Source of the DNA: Candidatus Saganbacteria bacterium
Lineage (GTDB): Bacteria > Margulisbacteria > WOR-1 > JAKLHX01
DNA length: 16,211 nt
Assembly: GCA_026387835.1 (NCBI GenBank)
Contig: JAPLKZ010000004.1
Coordinates: forward strand, 1 to 16,211
Direction of reading: 5' to 3'
Shown here piece by piece: positions 8,467-16,211 of this stretch. The notes under the pieces are model-generated. The model did no database searches and was not told where the DNA came from. It was given only the letters and a program-made list of their open reading frames with translations. Each line of letters starts with the position of its first letter. Position 1 is the first letter of the stretch. Position numbers and translations under genes: made by a program.

Positions 8467-9746
8467 AGTTCGTTCCTCACAAGATCGGCGTACGTTTCTC
8501 TCTTCAATAATAAATTTGCTTTACCTGATCTCACATTTACCATTGCGGGCTTCATAAATTTGTTGTAATTGCTCGCCATTGAATAATTGTATGCTCCGGT
8601 GCATGCGACCGCAATGATGTCGCCCTTTTTGACTTTCGGGAAGAAACAGTCCTTGATGATGATATCACCGGATTCGCATGCCCTTCCGGCGATCGTCAGT
8701 TTTTCCTCTGCTCTTGCTCTCGCGTTGCTCGCGACAAAAGCCTCGTATTTTGAACCGTAAAGGATGAATCTCGGGTTGTCCGACATGCCGCCGTCGATAA
8801 CAGCATATTTTCTTATACCGGCAATATCTTTTACCGTTCCGACAGTATACAACGTGACCATGGCGGGGCCGACCAGCGACCTGCCCGGTTCAAGCACCAG
8901 CCTGGGAAGCTTGAGCTTAAATCTTTTTGAAAGATCGGTCACTGTCCTGATGATCTTATCCGCAAAGGGCTTTAATTCAGGTGATCTCGTATCACTGGTA
9001 TAAGCGACACCTATTCCGCCGCCGATATTTAATTCGTCAGATTCTATCCTGTATTTTCTCTTTATATCCCTGAAAAGCCCTAACAGCACCTCGATCTCCG
9101 CAGCATAAGGGGCCTTATCAAATATCATGGAACCGATATGGCTGTGAAGGCCTTTATATACAAGATTTTTCGATCTTATTATCTTTCCAACTGTTTTCAG
9201 GACTTCCTTTTTAGAGATGCCGAACTTAGAATCCACAGCACCCGTTTTTATGAAATCATGCGTGTGCGCTTCTATCCCTGGATTCACGCGCAACAATATT
9301 CCGGTCTTTTTATCCGCCTTGCGTGATGCCTTTTCAACCGATCCCAGCTCGTCAAGATTGTCCGCTACAAATGTCACTTTTTCCCTGACCCCGTATTCTA
9401 TCTCTTCTCCCGTCTTGTTATTCCCGTGAAAATAGATCGTCCCGGCTTTGCATCCCGCTCTCAGGGCCGTGTAAAGCTCGCCGCCTGAAGCAACATCCAT
9501 CCCTATGCCCTCGGTCTTTATTATCTTGAGCACGCCGATGACGCTTAATGCTTTGTTGGCATAAATTATCCTGAAATCCGGATAATCCCTGAACGCCTGA
9601 ATGTACTCTCTGCAGTTCGAGCGCAGGCTGTCTTCGTCAAGAACAAAAAGCGGAGTGCCGAACTTTTTTGCGAGAGCGGCCGTATCGCAGCCCCCTATCT
9701 CCAGATGTCCTTTTGAATTTATCTTTGATGTTTTTGGAAGGTTCAT
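8463..9746 (-). CDS. lysA: Diaminopimelate decarboxylase
   Basis: 427-aa PLP-dependent decarboxylase: [68 protein letters not shown]. Strong SD GAGGGGG. Confidence 0.95.
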   Translation of the reverse strand: MNLPKTSKINSKGHLEIGGCDTAALAKKFGTPLFVLDEDSLRSNCREYIQAFRDYPDFRIIYANKALSVIGVLKIIKTEGIGMDVASGGELYTALRAGCKAGTIYFHGNNKTGEEIEYGVREKVTFVADNLDELGSVEKASRKADKKTGILLRVNPGIEAHTHDFIKTGAVDSKFGISKKEVLKTVGKIIRSKNLVYKGLHSHIGSMIFDKAPYAAEIEVLLGLFRDIKRKYRIESDELNIGGGIGVAYTSDTRSPELKPFADKIIRTVTDLSKRFKLKLPRLVLEPGRSLVGPAMVTLYTVGTVKDIAGIRKYAVIDGGMSDNPRFILYGSKYEAFVASNARARAEEKLTIAGRACESGDIIIKDCFFPKVKKGDIIAVACTGAYNYSMASNYNKFMKPAMVNVRSGKANLLLKRETYADLVRNEL

Positions 9747-11308
9747 TTTACCCCCTCTATCATCAGCTTGTATTCAAAACTGTCGATCAAAGCCAGCCAG
9801 CTTGCCTCTATGACGTTCGATGAAACTCCCACGGTACCCCATGTTTTTTTCTCGTCGGCCGATTCTATCAGGACGCGGACCTTCGCGGCAGTACCGTCGG
9901 TACTGTCAAGCACCCTGACCTTATAATCCGTGAGCTTCACTTCGTTTATCACGGGAAATCTTTTTGACAAAGTACCGCGTACAGCCTCGTCCAGTGCGTT
10001 GACCGGACCGTTGCCGTGTCCTTTTGCGCGTATAAGTTTCCTGCCGAGCATTATCTCGACTTTAGCTTCCACTTCCATCTTCTTGTTCTTTGTCTTGACC
10101 GTGTTCACCTCGAACTTGTGCCACTTGAACGGTAGTTGGAAAAGCCCCATTTCTTTTTTTATCAGTATCTCGAACGACGCTTCTCCCTCCTCGAACTGGT
10201 AACCCTGGTGTTCCAGTGTCTTCAGCTTCGCGAGAAGCGGTCTTACTTGCGGGGATTCTTTTTTAAGATCAGCCCCGAACTCTTTTGCCTTAAATACCAG
10301 GTTGCTTATGCCTGAAAGCTCGGACACGGTCACTCTTCTTTCGTTGCCGACTGCTTCCGGGCTTATATGCTCGTAAGTATTTGTATGTTTCATCACTGCG
10401 CTCACGTGTATGCCGCCTTTATGGGTGAAAGCAGACCTGCCGACAAAAGGCTGGTGGCCCGAAAGAGGCAGATTGGCTATCTCGCTCACGTGCCTTGAGA
10501 TCTCGGTAAGCCTTTTCAAATTTACGTCAGTTATGCAGTCTATGCCGAGCTTCAGCTTCAATATAGGTATTATCGAGCAGAGGTTTGCGTTCCCGCATCT
10601 TTCGCCGTAGCCGTTCACTGTCCCCTGCACGTGCGTGACGCCGCAATAGACCGCCATCTCCGTCACTGACACCGCGCACTCGCAGTCGTTATGCGCGTGT
10701 ATTCCCAGAGGAGTTTTGATCACGTCATTCACTTCTTTTATTATCTTCTGGACCTCGAAAGCGAGTGTGCCTCCGTTCGTATCGCAAAGGCATATCACAT
10801 CGGCCCCTGCCCTTTCGGCTTCCTTTAATGTCCTGATCGCGTACTGCGGATTTGCTTTGTAACCGTCAAAGAAATGCTCCGCGTCGTATATGACCTCTTT
10901 ACCCTTTGACTTGAGGTGCCTGACAGTGTCATATATCATCAAAAGGTTCTCTTCAAGCGTTGTATGCAGAGCTTCAGTCACGTGAAAATCCCAGCTTTTC
11001 CCGAATATCGAGACCGCCTTTGTATCAGCCTCTATGAGAGTACTGATATTCTTGTCTTCTTCAACAGGAATGCCGGCTCTTCTTGTGCTGCTGAACGCCA
11101 CGATCGTCGAGTTTTTAAGCGGCACATCCTTGATCTTTTCAAAAAAAGCTATGTCTTTCGGGTTAGAACCCGGCCAGCCGCCCTCTATATAATGTACACC
11201 GATAGAATCAAGAAGGCGCGCGATCTTTATCTTATCCTCCACCGTGAAGGAAATGCCTTCCGTCTGTGCCCCGTCGCGGAGCGTTGTATCAAATAGTTTT
11301 ACCATCAT
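9743..11308 (-). CDS. cimA: (R)-citramalate synthase
   Basis: 521-aa [99 protein letters not shown]-terminal LeuA dimer/regulatory-like domain. Confidence 0.94.
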   Translation of the reverse strand: MMVKLFDTTLRDGAQTEGISFTVEDKIKIARLLDSIGVHYIEGGWPGSNPKDIAFFEKIKDVPLKNSTIVAFSSTRRAGIPVEEDKNISTLIEADTKAVSIFGKSWDFHVTEALHTTLEENLLMIYDTVRHLKSKGKEVIYDAEHFFDGYKANPQYAIRTLKEAERAGADVICLCDTNGGTLAFEVQKIIKEVNDVIKTPLGIHAHNDCECAVSVTEMAVYCGVTHVQGTVNGYGERCGNANLCSIIPILKLKLGIDCITDVNLKRLTEISRHVSEIANLPLSGHQPFVGRSAFTHKGGIHVSAVMKHTNTYEHISPEAVGNERRVTVSELSGISNLVFKAKEFGADLKKESPQVRPLLAKLKTLEHQGYQFEEGEASFEILIKKEMGLFQLPFKWHKFEVNTVKTKNKKMEVEAKVEIMLGRKLIRAKGHGNGPVNALDEAVRGTLSKRFPVINEVKLTDYKVRVLDSTDGTAAKVRVLIESADEKKTWGTVGVSSNVIEASWLALIDSFEYKLMIEGVK

Positions 11309-11317
11309 TATGGAAAA

Positions 11318-11326
11318 ATTATAACA
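11318..11326 (-). promoter_or_regulatory. Candidate extended -10 promoter element for cimA
   Basis: Minus-strand TGTTATAAT ends 9 nt before the first ATG of cimA. No convincing -35. Confidence 0.5.
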
Positions 11327-11386
11327 TAGTATCGATTTTCAGGGTATCCGTATTAGAGTGAAGGGACCGAGGGGAATGAAATGCCT

Positions 11387-11662
11387 CTATTCAGCGATCT
11401 CCATTATCAGGCCGTTCTTCCAGGTCTCTATGCCGAGAGCTTCGACAAAATCCGCGGTGTTGAACTGATGGACCGGTATCTGCCTGTAGTGTTTTCCGTT
11501 CCCGTTACCGTTCATGGCTTTTTTATACGCCAAGTTGACGATATCATCCAGGATCTTATAAGGCGAATCGACCATCAATTTCTGTGAAATAAATTGTATG
11601 ACGCCAAGCAGTTTTCCCTGGCTTTCCGTATCATTATTGACTTCGTATATATTGATCTTCAT
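11387..11662 (-). CDS. Hypothetical 91-aa protein
   Basis: Intact ORF with GAGAGG SD 8 nt upstream of ATG. No family recognised. Confidence 0.65.
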   Translation of the reverse strand: MKINIYEVNNDTESQGKLLGVIQFISQKLMVDSPYKILDDIVNLAYKKAMNGNGNGKHYRQIPVHQFNTADFVEALGIETWKNGLIMEIAE

Positions 11663-11689
11663 ATTCAGAGCCTCTCAGAGCTTCTATTT

Positions 11690-11708
11690 TAGAGGGTTAC
11701 CCCCTCTA
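11690..11708. repeat. Inverted repeat TAGAGGG-ttacc-CCCTCTA in the divergent 91-aa ORF / udg intergenic region
   Basis: Perfect 7-bp arms (11690-11696, 11702-11708) with a 5-nt loop. No T-tract in terminator position. Confidence 0.6.
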
Positions 11709-11753
11709 TATATCTATCGTCAAATTTTTGTGGAAATTTCGCTGTTAAAATGT

Positions 11754-11759
11754 TATATT
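11754..11759 (+). promoter_or_regulatory. Candidate -10 for udg
   Basis: TGT-TATATT ends 9 nt before ATG 11769. Possible -35 TGGAAA at 11731-11736 with 17-nt spacer. Confidence 0.45.
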
Positions 11760-11768
11760 GAAAAGCAA

Positions 11769-12401
11769 ATGAGCGCGAGTAAGCCAAGATCCTTTGACGG
11801 CCTTTCATACAGCCAGGTCAATGAAAAAGCGCAGACCTGCAGGAATTGCGGATTGCATCTTACGAGGAACAAGGTTGTTTTCGGCAAGGGCCCGGTACCC
11901 TGCGGGCTGATGCTCATAGGAGAAGGCCCGGGTGCCGACGAAGACGTGCAGGGGTTCCCGTTCGTCGGGAGAGCCGGCCAGCTTCTGACAAAGATATTTG
12001 AATCGGTCGGGATCGACAGGGAAAATGAAGTCTATATCACAAATACGGTAAAATGCAGGCCGCCGGAAAACAGGACGCCTTCAAATGACGAGATCGAAGC
12101 CTGCCATCCCTATCTGGAAGCGCAGATAAGTCTGATCGCCCCCAAGATAATCGTTCTCGCGGGCTCCCCGGCATGCAAGACCATGCTAAAAAGCGAAGAG
12201 CCCATCTCAAAGATACGGGGAAAATGGTTCAAGATGGAAGGCAGGGACACTATGATGATGCCGATATTCCACCCGTCATATCTCCTGCGCAACCAGTCAA
12301 AAGAGAAGAATGCCCCGAAATGGCTGACATGGCAGGATATGATCGAGATAAAGAACGCGTATGATTGCGTCAAAAAAGCCGAACAACTGGAGGCCCGTTA
12401 G
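11769..12401 (+). CDS. Uracil-DNA glycosylase, family 4 (Fe-S type)
   Basis: CRNCGLHLTRNKVVFGKG, GEGPGADEDVQGFPFVGRAGQLLTKIF, YITNTVKCRPPENRTP, CHPYLEAQI, PIFHPSYLLRN. The ORF extension back to 11598 is rejected; ATG (MSASKPRSFDG) at 11769 is preferred. Confidence 0.93.
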   Translation: MSASKPRSFDGLSYSQVNEKAQTCRNCGLHLTRNKVVFGKGPVPCGLMLIGEGPGADEDVQGFPFVGRAGQLLTKIFESVGIDRENEVYITNTVKCRPPENRTPSNDEIEACHPYLEAQISLIAPKIIVLAGSPACKTMLKSEEPISKIRGKWFKMEGRDTMMMPIFHPSYLLRNQSKEKNAPKWLTWQDMIEIKNAYDCVKKAEQLEAR

Positions 12402-12404
12402 GAT

Positions 12405-13196
12405 ATGAAGAAAAAATTAACCGTTTCCCTCATCCAGATGGACATAAAGACTGCTATGGCCGAAAAGAATTTTGAAACTGCTGCAGATCTTATCGAAAAA
12501 GCCGGAAGGTACAAGCCGGATTTCATCGTCCTTCCCGAGATGTGGTCGACAGGATTCGCGTACCTCGATCTTCACGGCATCGCAAAAAGATGGTCAGAGG
12601 AGACGATGGATTTCATCAAATATCACGCCAGGAGGTCGTCCGCTGTACTTATAGCCGGTTCAGTACCGGAAGTTTCCGAAAAAAAAGTTTATAACACGTG
12701 TTTTGTGGCCGATCCTTCCGGAGAAATATCCGGCAAATATAGAAAAACGCATTCCTTCAGCCCGACCGGTGAAAATACGCATTTTGCTAACGGCGAGACC
12801 GCCGACGCGCTGGAGACCGGGTTCGGGAAGATCGGGGTGATAATATGCTATGATCTCAGGTTCCCCGAACTGTCAAGGAAACTATGGACAAAAGGGATCA
12901 ATATGCTTTTTGTCCCCGCGCAGTTCCCGTCGGTGAGGATAGACCACTGGCTGACGCTCCTTAAAGCGAGAGCCATTGAAAACCACATTTTTACGATCGG
13001 ATGCAACCGGGTCGGGAAAGACAAAAGATACGAATATCCTGGCGAGTCCGTTGTGTTCGATCCGTTCGGCAACACGGTCGAAAAAGCCGGAGGCAAAGAA
13101 TGCGTGATGACCTGCACGATAGACCCGGACAAAATTAAAGAAGCGAATGAAAGGATACCGATCCAGAAGGACAGACGGCCGGAAGTTTATAAATGA
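12405..13196 (+). CDS. Carbon-nitrogen hydrolase / nitrilase-family amidase (omega-amidase-like)
   Basis: Nitrilase triad context: DFIVLPEMWSTGF (Glu), KYRKTHSF (Lys), GVIICYDLRFPELSRKL (Cys). Confidence 0.92.
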   Translation: MKKKLTVSLIQMDIKTAMAEKNFETAADLIEKAGRYKPDFIVLPEMWSTGFAYLDLHGIAKRWSEETMDFIKYHARRSSAVLIAGSVPEVSEKKVYNTCFVADPSGEISGKYRKTHSFSPTGENTHFANGETADALETGFGKIGVIICYDLRFPELSRKLWTKGINMLFVPAQFPSVRIDHWLTLLKARAIENHIFTIGCNRVGKDKRYEYPGESVVFDPFGNTVEKAGGKECVMTCTIDPDKIKEANERIPIQKDRRPEVYK

Positions 13197-14254
13197 AAAT
13201 CCGAAATCCAAATGATGAAAATGCGACCGTTTATTTTTTGCCCATTGAGGATGTTAATGCCGAGAGTCTTGTGTCTTTATTTGAAAAAGCGGGATTTAAT
13301 GATCTTATCGAAAAAGACAAGCTCACCGCGATAAAAGTCCATTTCGGTGAGATGGGCAACACCGCATACCTTAAACCTGAAAATGTCATGCCCATAGCAG
13401 AAAAAATATCTGCACTCGGCAGCAAGCCTTTCCTGACGGACGCGAATACGCTTTATAAAGGTACAAGGGGCGATGCTGTTTCCCACATAAATACCGCGCA
13501 TGCACACGGTTATGATTTTGCACCTGTCGTCATAGCCGACGGCCTGCAGGGAAAAGATTATTACAAGGTCCCTGTTAACCTTAAACATTTTAAAGAGGTG
13601 AATATCGGCTCCGCCTGCCATCACATCGACTCTATGATAGTGATGACCCATTTCAAAGGGCACGAAGTAACGGGATTCGGAGGGGCGATAAAGAACGTCG
13701 GCATGGGGCTAGGCTCGCGCTCCGGCAAGCAGCAGATGCACGCGGATGTATCCCCTTCCGTTAAAACTCCAAAGTGCACGGGATGCGGACTTTGCGTCAA
13801 GTGGTGCCCTCAGGATGCGATCGTTCTGACAGACGGGAAAGCCGTCATAGACCGCTCAAAATGCATCGGATGCGCTGAATGCATAGTCACCTGCGATTTC
13901 GATGCGATATCGATCGAGTGGAACGGCTCTCCGAAATCGCTCCAGGAAAAGATGGCGGAATATTGCTGCGGCGCGGTCAGAGGGAAAAAATGCGGCTATT
14001 TCAACTTTATCGTCGATGTGTCGCCCAATTGCGATTGTTACAATTTCAATCACCCTCCGATCGTAAAGGATATAGGTGTCGTCGCGTCCCTTGACCCTGT
14101 TGCCATTGACCAGGCAAGCGTTGACCTTGTCAACAAGGCGGCGGGTTTTGATATAATAAAAAAGACCTGGCCGGACATCGATCACAATATCCAGCTCGAT
14201 TACGGCGAGCAGATAGGTCTCGGCCTTAGAAAGTATGAGTTGATCTCGACGTGA
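13193..14254 (+). CDS. DUF362 domain protein with two 4Fe-4S ferredoxin motifs
   Basis: AIKVHFGEMGNTAYLKP, MTHFKGHEVTGFGGAIKNVGMGLGSRSGKQQMH, CTGCGLCVKWCP and CIGCAECIVTCD, plus C-terminal NCDCYN. Confidence 0.9.
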   Translation: MKIRNPNDENATVYFLPIEDVNAESLVSLFEKAGFNDLIEKDKLTAIKVHFGEMGNTAYLKPENVMPIAEKISALGSKPFLTDANTLYKGTRGDAVSHINTAHAHGYDFAPVVIADGLQGKDYYKVPVNLKHFKEVNIGSACHHIDSMIVMTHFKGHEVTGFGGAIKNVGMGLGSRSGKQQMHADVSPSVKTPKCTGCGLCVKWCPQDAIVLTDGKAVIDRSKCIGCAECIVTCDFDAISIEWNGSPKSLQEKMAEYCCGAVRGKKCGYFNFIVDVSPNCDCYNFNHPPIVKDIGVVASLDPVAIDQASVDLVNKAAGFDIIKKTWPDIDHNIQLDYGEQIGLGLRKYELIST

Positions 14255-14895
14255 GCGATCTTTTGAAAGACAAAGAGTTCATCGAACTTGAAAAAAAGTT
14301 CCCTTTCCTGTCCCGATACAGGCAGGAGAACGAGATAGATAAACTGCCTTATATCATCGTGGACATCGAGACGACCGGGCTTGACCCCGCGTCAAGCGAG
14401 ATCATCGAGATCGGAGCGATAAAGACCGCGGGGCCGGTCGAAAAAGATGTATTTACCACGCTTATAAAGCCCACAGGCCCTATCCCGCCTGAAATAGAAC
14501 GTCTTACAGGCATCTCGCAGGACATGGTGGAAGGAAAACCCGGTATCAAACAAGTACTGCAGGATTTTATCGATTTTGCCGGGAGCAGCATAATAGTCGC
14601 GCACAACAGTGATTTTGACCTCGGCTTTTTAAAATACCATATCCGGAAAGAACTGGAAAAAGAATTCACTAACAGGGTCGCCTGCACGGTAAAAGTGTCC
14701 AGGACTATCGTTCCCGGCCTCAGGAACTACAAGCTGCATACGGTCGCCGAGCACATGGGGATCGAAGTCCGGAACAGGCACAGGGCCATGGGAGACAGCG
14801 AGATAACTTTTAAAGTCTGGAATAAGCTCGTTGAACTTATGATGCAGAAAGATATGACGACTTTTCATGAGATAGAAAAGATCATGGCGGTTTGA
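14251..14895 (+). CDS. DEDDh 3'-5' exonuclease (DnaQ / Pol III epsilon-like)
   Basis: IIVDIETTGLDPASSEIIEIGAI, VAHNSDFDLGFL, HRAMGDSE. GTG start overlapping the previous stop (GTGA). Confidence 0.9.
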   Translation: MSDLLKDKEFIELEKKFPFLSRYRQENEIDKLPYIIVDIETTGLDPASSEIIEIGAIKTAGPVEKDVFTTLIKPTGPIPPEIERLTGISQDMVEGKPGIKQVLQDFIDFAGSSIIVAHNSDFDLGFLKYHIRKELEKEFTNRVACTVKVSRTIVPGLRNYKLHTVAEHMGIEVRNRHRAMGDSEITFKVWNKLVELMMQKDMTTFHEIEKIMAV

Positions 14896-14920
14896 TTAAA
14901 CCTGTTGTTTTTGTTATATT
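14892..14920 (+). promoter_or_regulatory. Candidate sigma70-type promoter for pta
   Basis: TTGATT (14892-14897), exactly 17-nt spacer, TATATT (14915-14920) with TGT extension. Only 8 nt remain to the pta ATG at 14929. Confidence 0.6.
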
Positions 14921-14928
14921 AAAATAAA

Positions 14929-15927
14929 ATGGAATTTCTAGAAAATACCTGGAACAAGGCAAAAAGGCTTCAAAAGAGGATCATCCTTCCCGAGACAGAT
15001 GATATCAGGATAATCAAAGCTTCTGATCTCATATTAAAAAGCAGGATCGCATGTCTCATCCTCATCGGGTCACCGGACAAGATAAACAGTGCCGCGGCTT
15101 CAAGCGGCATCGACCTTTCAAAGGCAGAGATCGTAGACCCCTCTTCTTCGCCGAAACTTGACAGGTACATCGAGATCTATATGAACAATATGAAGGCGCA
15201 CAAGCACGATATCTCATATGACGATGCAAAAAAACTTCTGACAACCGACTATCCGTTCTTCGGCGCGATGATGATAGCCGAGGGCGATGCTGACGGCATG
15301 GTCACGGGTGCGGACCATGCTACCGCGCATACTATCAAAGCAGCCGTATATTCCGTCGGACTTGCCGAAGGGATTAAGATCCTTTCAAGCTTTTTTATAA
15401 TGGTGTTGAAGACCCCGCAGTTCGGCGTGAATGGAGTGCTGTTCTACGCGGATTGCGGTGTAGTCCCTGATCCCGACGATAAACAGCTTTGCGATATAAC
15501 GCTTTCGACAGCAGATTCTTTCCGGAAGCTCATGGGCCGCGAGCCGAGGATCGCCATGCTCTCATTCTCGACAATGGGAAGCGGTAGCGGCGGGTCCATC
15601 GAAAAAGTGAAGTCCGCGCTGAAAATGATAAAAGAAAAAAGCCCGGACCTGGCTGTTGACGGCGAGATGCAGGCTGATGCCGCGCTTATCGCTTCTATCG
15701 GGAAGAAAAAAGCGCCCGAGAGCAAAGTCGCGGGCCGCGCTAACGTCCTGATATTCCCCAACCTTGATGCCGGAAATATCGGATACAAGCTGACCGAGAG
15801 GCTCGCGGACGCCACTGCGCTCGGCCCGTTGCTGCAGGGATGCGCGAAGCCGATAAACGATCTTTCACGCGGTTGCAGCGTCGACGACATAGCGACCATT
15901 ACCGCGGTGACCGCTCTGCAGGTATAA
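14929..15927 (+). CDS. pta: Phosphate acetyltransferase
   Basis: 332-aa ORF: RIILPETDDIRIIKA, DADGMVTGADHATAHTIKAA, MLSFSTMGSGSG, DGEMQADAAL, VLIFPNLDAGNIGYKL, GCSVDDIATITAVTA. Confidence 0.93.
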   Translation: MEFLENTWNKAKRLQKRIILPETDDIRIIKASDLILKSRIACLILIGSPDKINSAAASSGIDLSKAEIVDPSSSPKLDRYIEIYMNNMKAHKHDISYDDAKKLLTTDYPFFGAMMIAEGDADGMVTGADHATAHTIKAAVYSVGLAEGIKILSSFFIMVLKTPQFGVNGVLFYADCGVVPDPDDKQLCDITLSTADSFRKLMGREPRIAMLSFSTMGSGSGGSIEKVKSALKMIKEKSPDLAVDGEMQADAALIASIGKKKAPESKVAGRANVLIFPNLDAGNIGYKLTERLADATALGPLLQGCAKPINDLSRGCSVDDIATITAVTALQV

Positions 15928-16211
15928 ATGGACCTCAGGGAATTATCTTCATACATTATAAATAAACTTGACTGTGACGCCGAGGTCTTTTGTGTCAGGT
16001 CAAACAGTCTCCTGATCGAATCAAGGGACCAGAAGGTCACGCTGATAAATAAAGGGACTGAACTCGGCATCTCCCTCAGGGTAATAAAGGACGGCAAAGC
16101 AGGGTTCTCTTTTTCAAGCGGCGGAGACCCGGACGATCTGATAAAACGCACTCTTGATATTTCCGCCATTTTCCCTTATGACGAAAATAATATCTTCCCA
16201 GGACCTTCACC
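15928..16211 (+). CDS. TldD/PmbA-family (metalloprotease-like) protein, N-terminal fragment cut by window end
   Basis: ATG directly abuts the pta stop (TAAATG). MDLRELSSYIINKLDCDAEVFCVRSNSLLIESRDQKVTLINKGTELGISLRVIKDGKAGFSFSSG resembles TldD/PmbA N-termini. Confidence 0.75.
   Translation, partial: MDLRELSSYIINKLDCDAEVFCVRSNSLLIESRDQKVTLINKGTELGISLRVIKDGKAGFSFSSGGDPDDLIKRTLDISAIFPYDENNIFPGPS

Noticed and set aside
11690-11708. Rho-independent terminator
   Set aside because: The stem is followed on plus by TATATC and on minus by AAATAG, so there is no U-tract in the right position on either strand.
11598-11768. N-terminal 57-codon extension of the uracil-DNA glycosylase ORF
   Set aside because: It overlaps the 91-aa ORF and the intergenic palindrome. 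Family-4 UDGs begin near the Cys-rich motif, so ATG 11769 fits better.
13193-14895. DUF362-ferredoxin protein plus DnaQ-like exonuclease as a novel two-component nuclease system
   Set aside because: The 4-nt overlap shows co-transcription, but both are common standalone families within a longer run of unrelated housekeeping genes. Nothing in the sequence supports a joint function.
15444-16169. 241-aa antisense ORF opposite pta and the TldD/PmbA-family gene
   Set aside because: Shadow ORF: the plus strand encodes a clear Pta with all expected motifs, and the antisense translation is low-complexity Ser/Leu-rich with no recognisable domain.
1-16211. CRISPR array, transposon/IS, prophage, retron, toxin-antitoxin or defence island
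   Set aside because: No periodic repeats, transposase, integrase, reverse transcriptase or known toxin/antitoxin signatures among the ORFs. Content is biosynthetic and housekeeping.

Overview
This 16.2 kb window is a dense, mostly housekeeping bacterial chromosome segment. I found no CRISPR array, transposon, phage, toxin-antitoxin or defence module. Leftward (-) block 1: tRNA-Arg(CCT) > aroK > aroB > tyrS > ispF > an RlpA-family protein > pdxJ > a dihydroorotate dehydrogenase/NfnA-like FAD/NAD(P)-binding protein. A short (+) pair follows (86-aa hypothetical and a small ArsR-like regulator). Leftward block 2: 91-aa hypothetical, cimA > lysA > cdaA (diadenylate cyclase) > panB. Rightward block: family-4 uracil-DNA glycosylase > nitrilase-family hydrolase > DUF362/ferredoxin-like protein > DEDDh exonuclease > pta > TldD/PmbA-family protein (truncated by the window end). 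The most interesting signal is architectural. Five genes preceded by a real intergenic gap (pdxJ, aroB, cimA, udg, pta) each have a Pribnow-like hexamer ending only 8-9 nt before the start codon and no clear Shine-Dalgarno, which predicts leaderless or near-leaderless mRNAs. Most closely packed operon-internal genes instead carry GA-rich SDs. Secondary observations are a duplicated N-terminal module in the RlpA-family protein, convergent genes whose stop codons share one CTAG, a repeat-flanked tRNA promoter and a palindrome in a divergent intergenic region. I do not claim a novel defence or mobile system.
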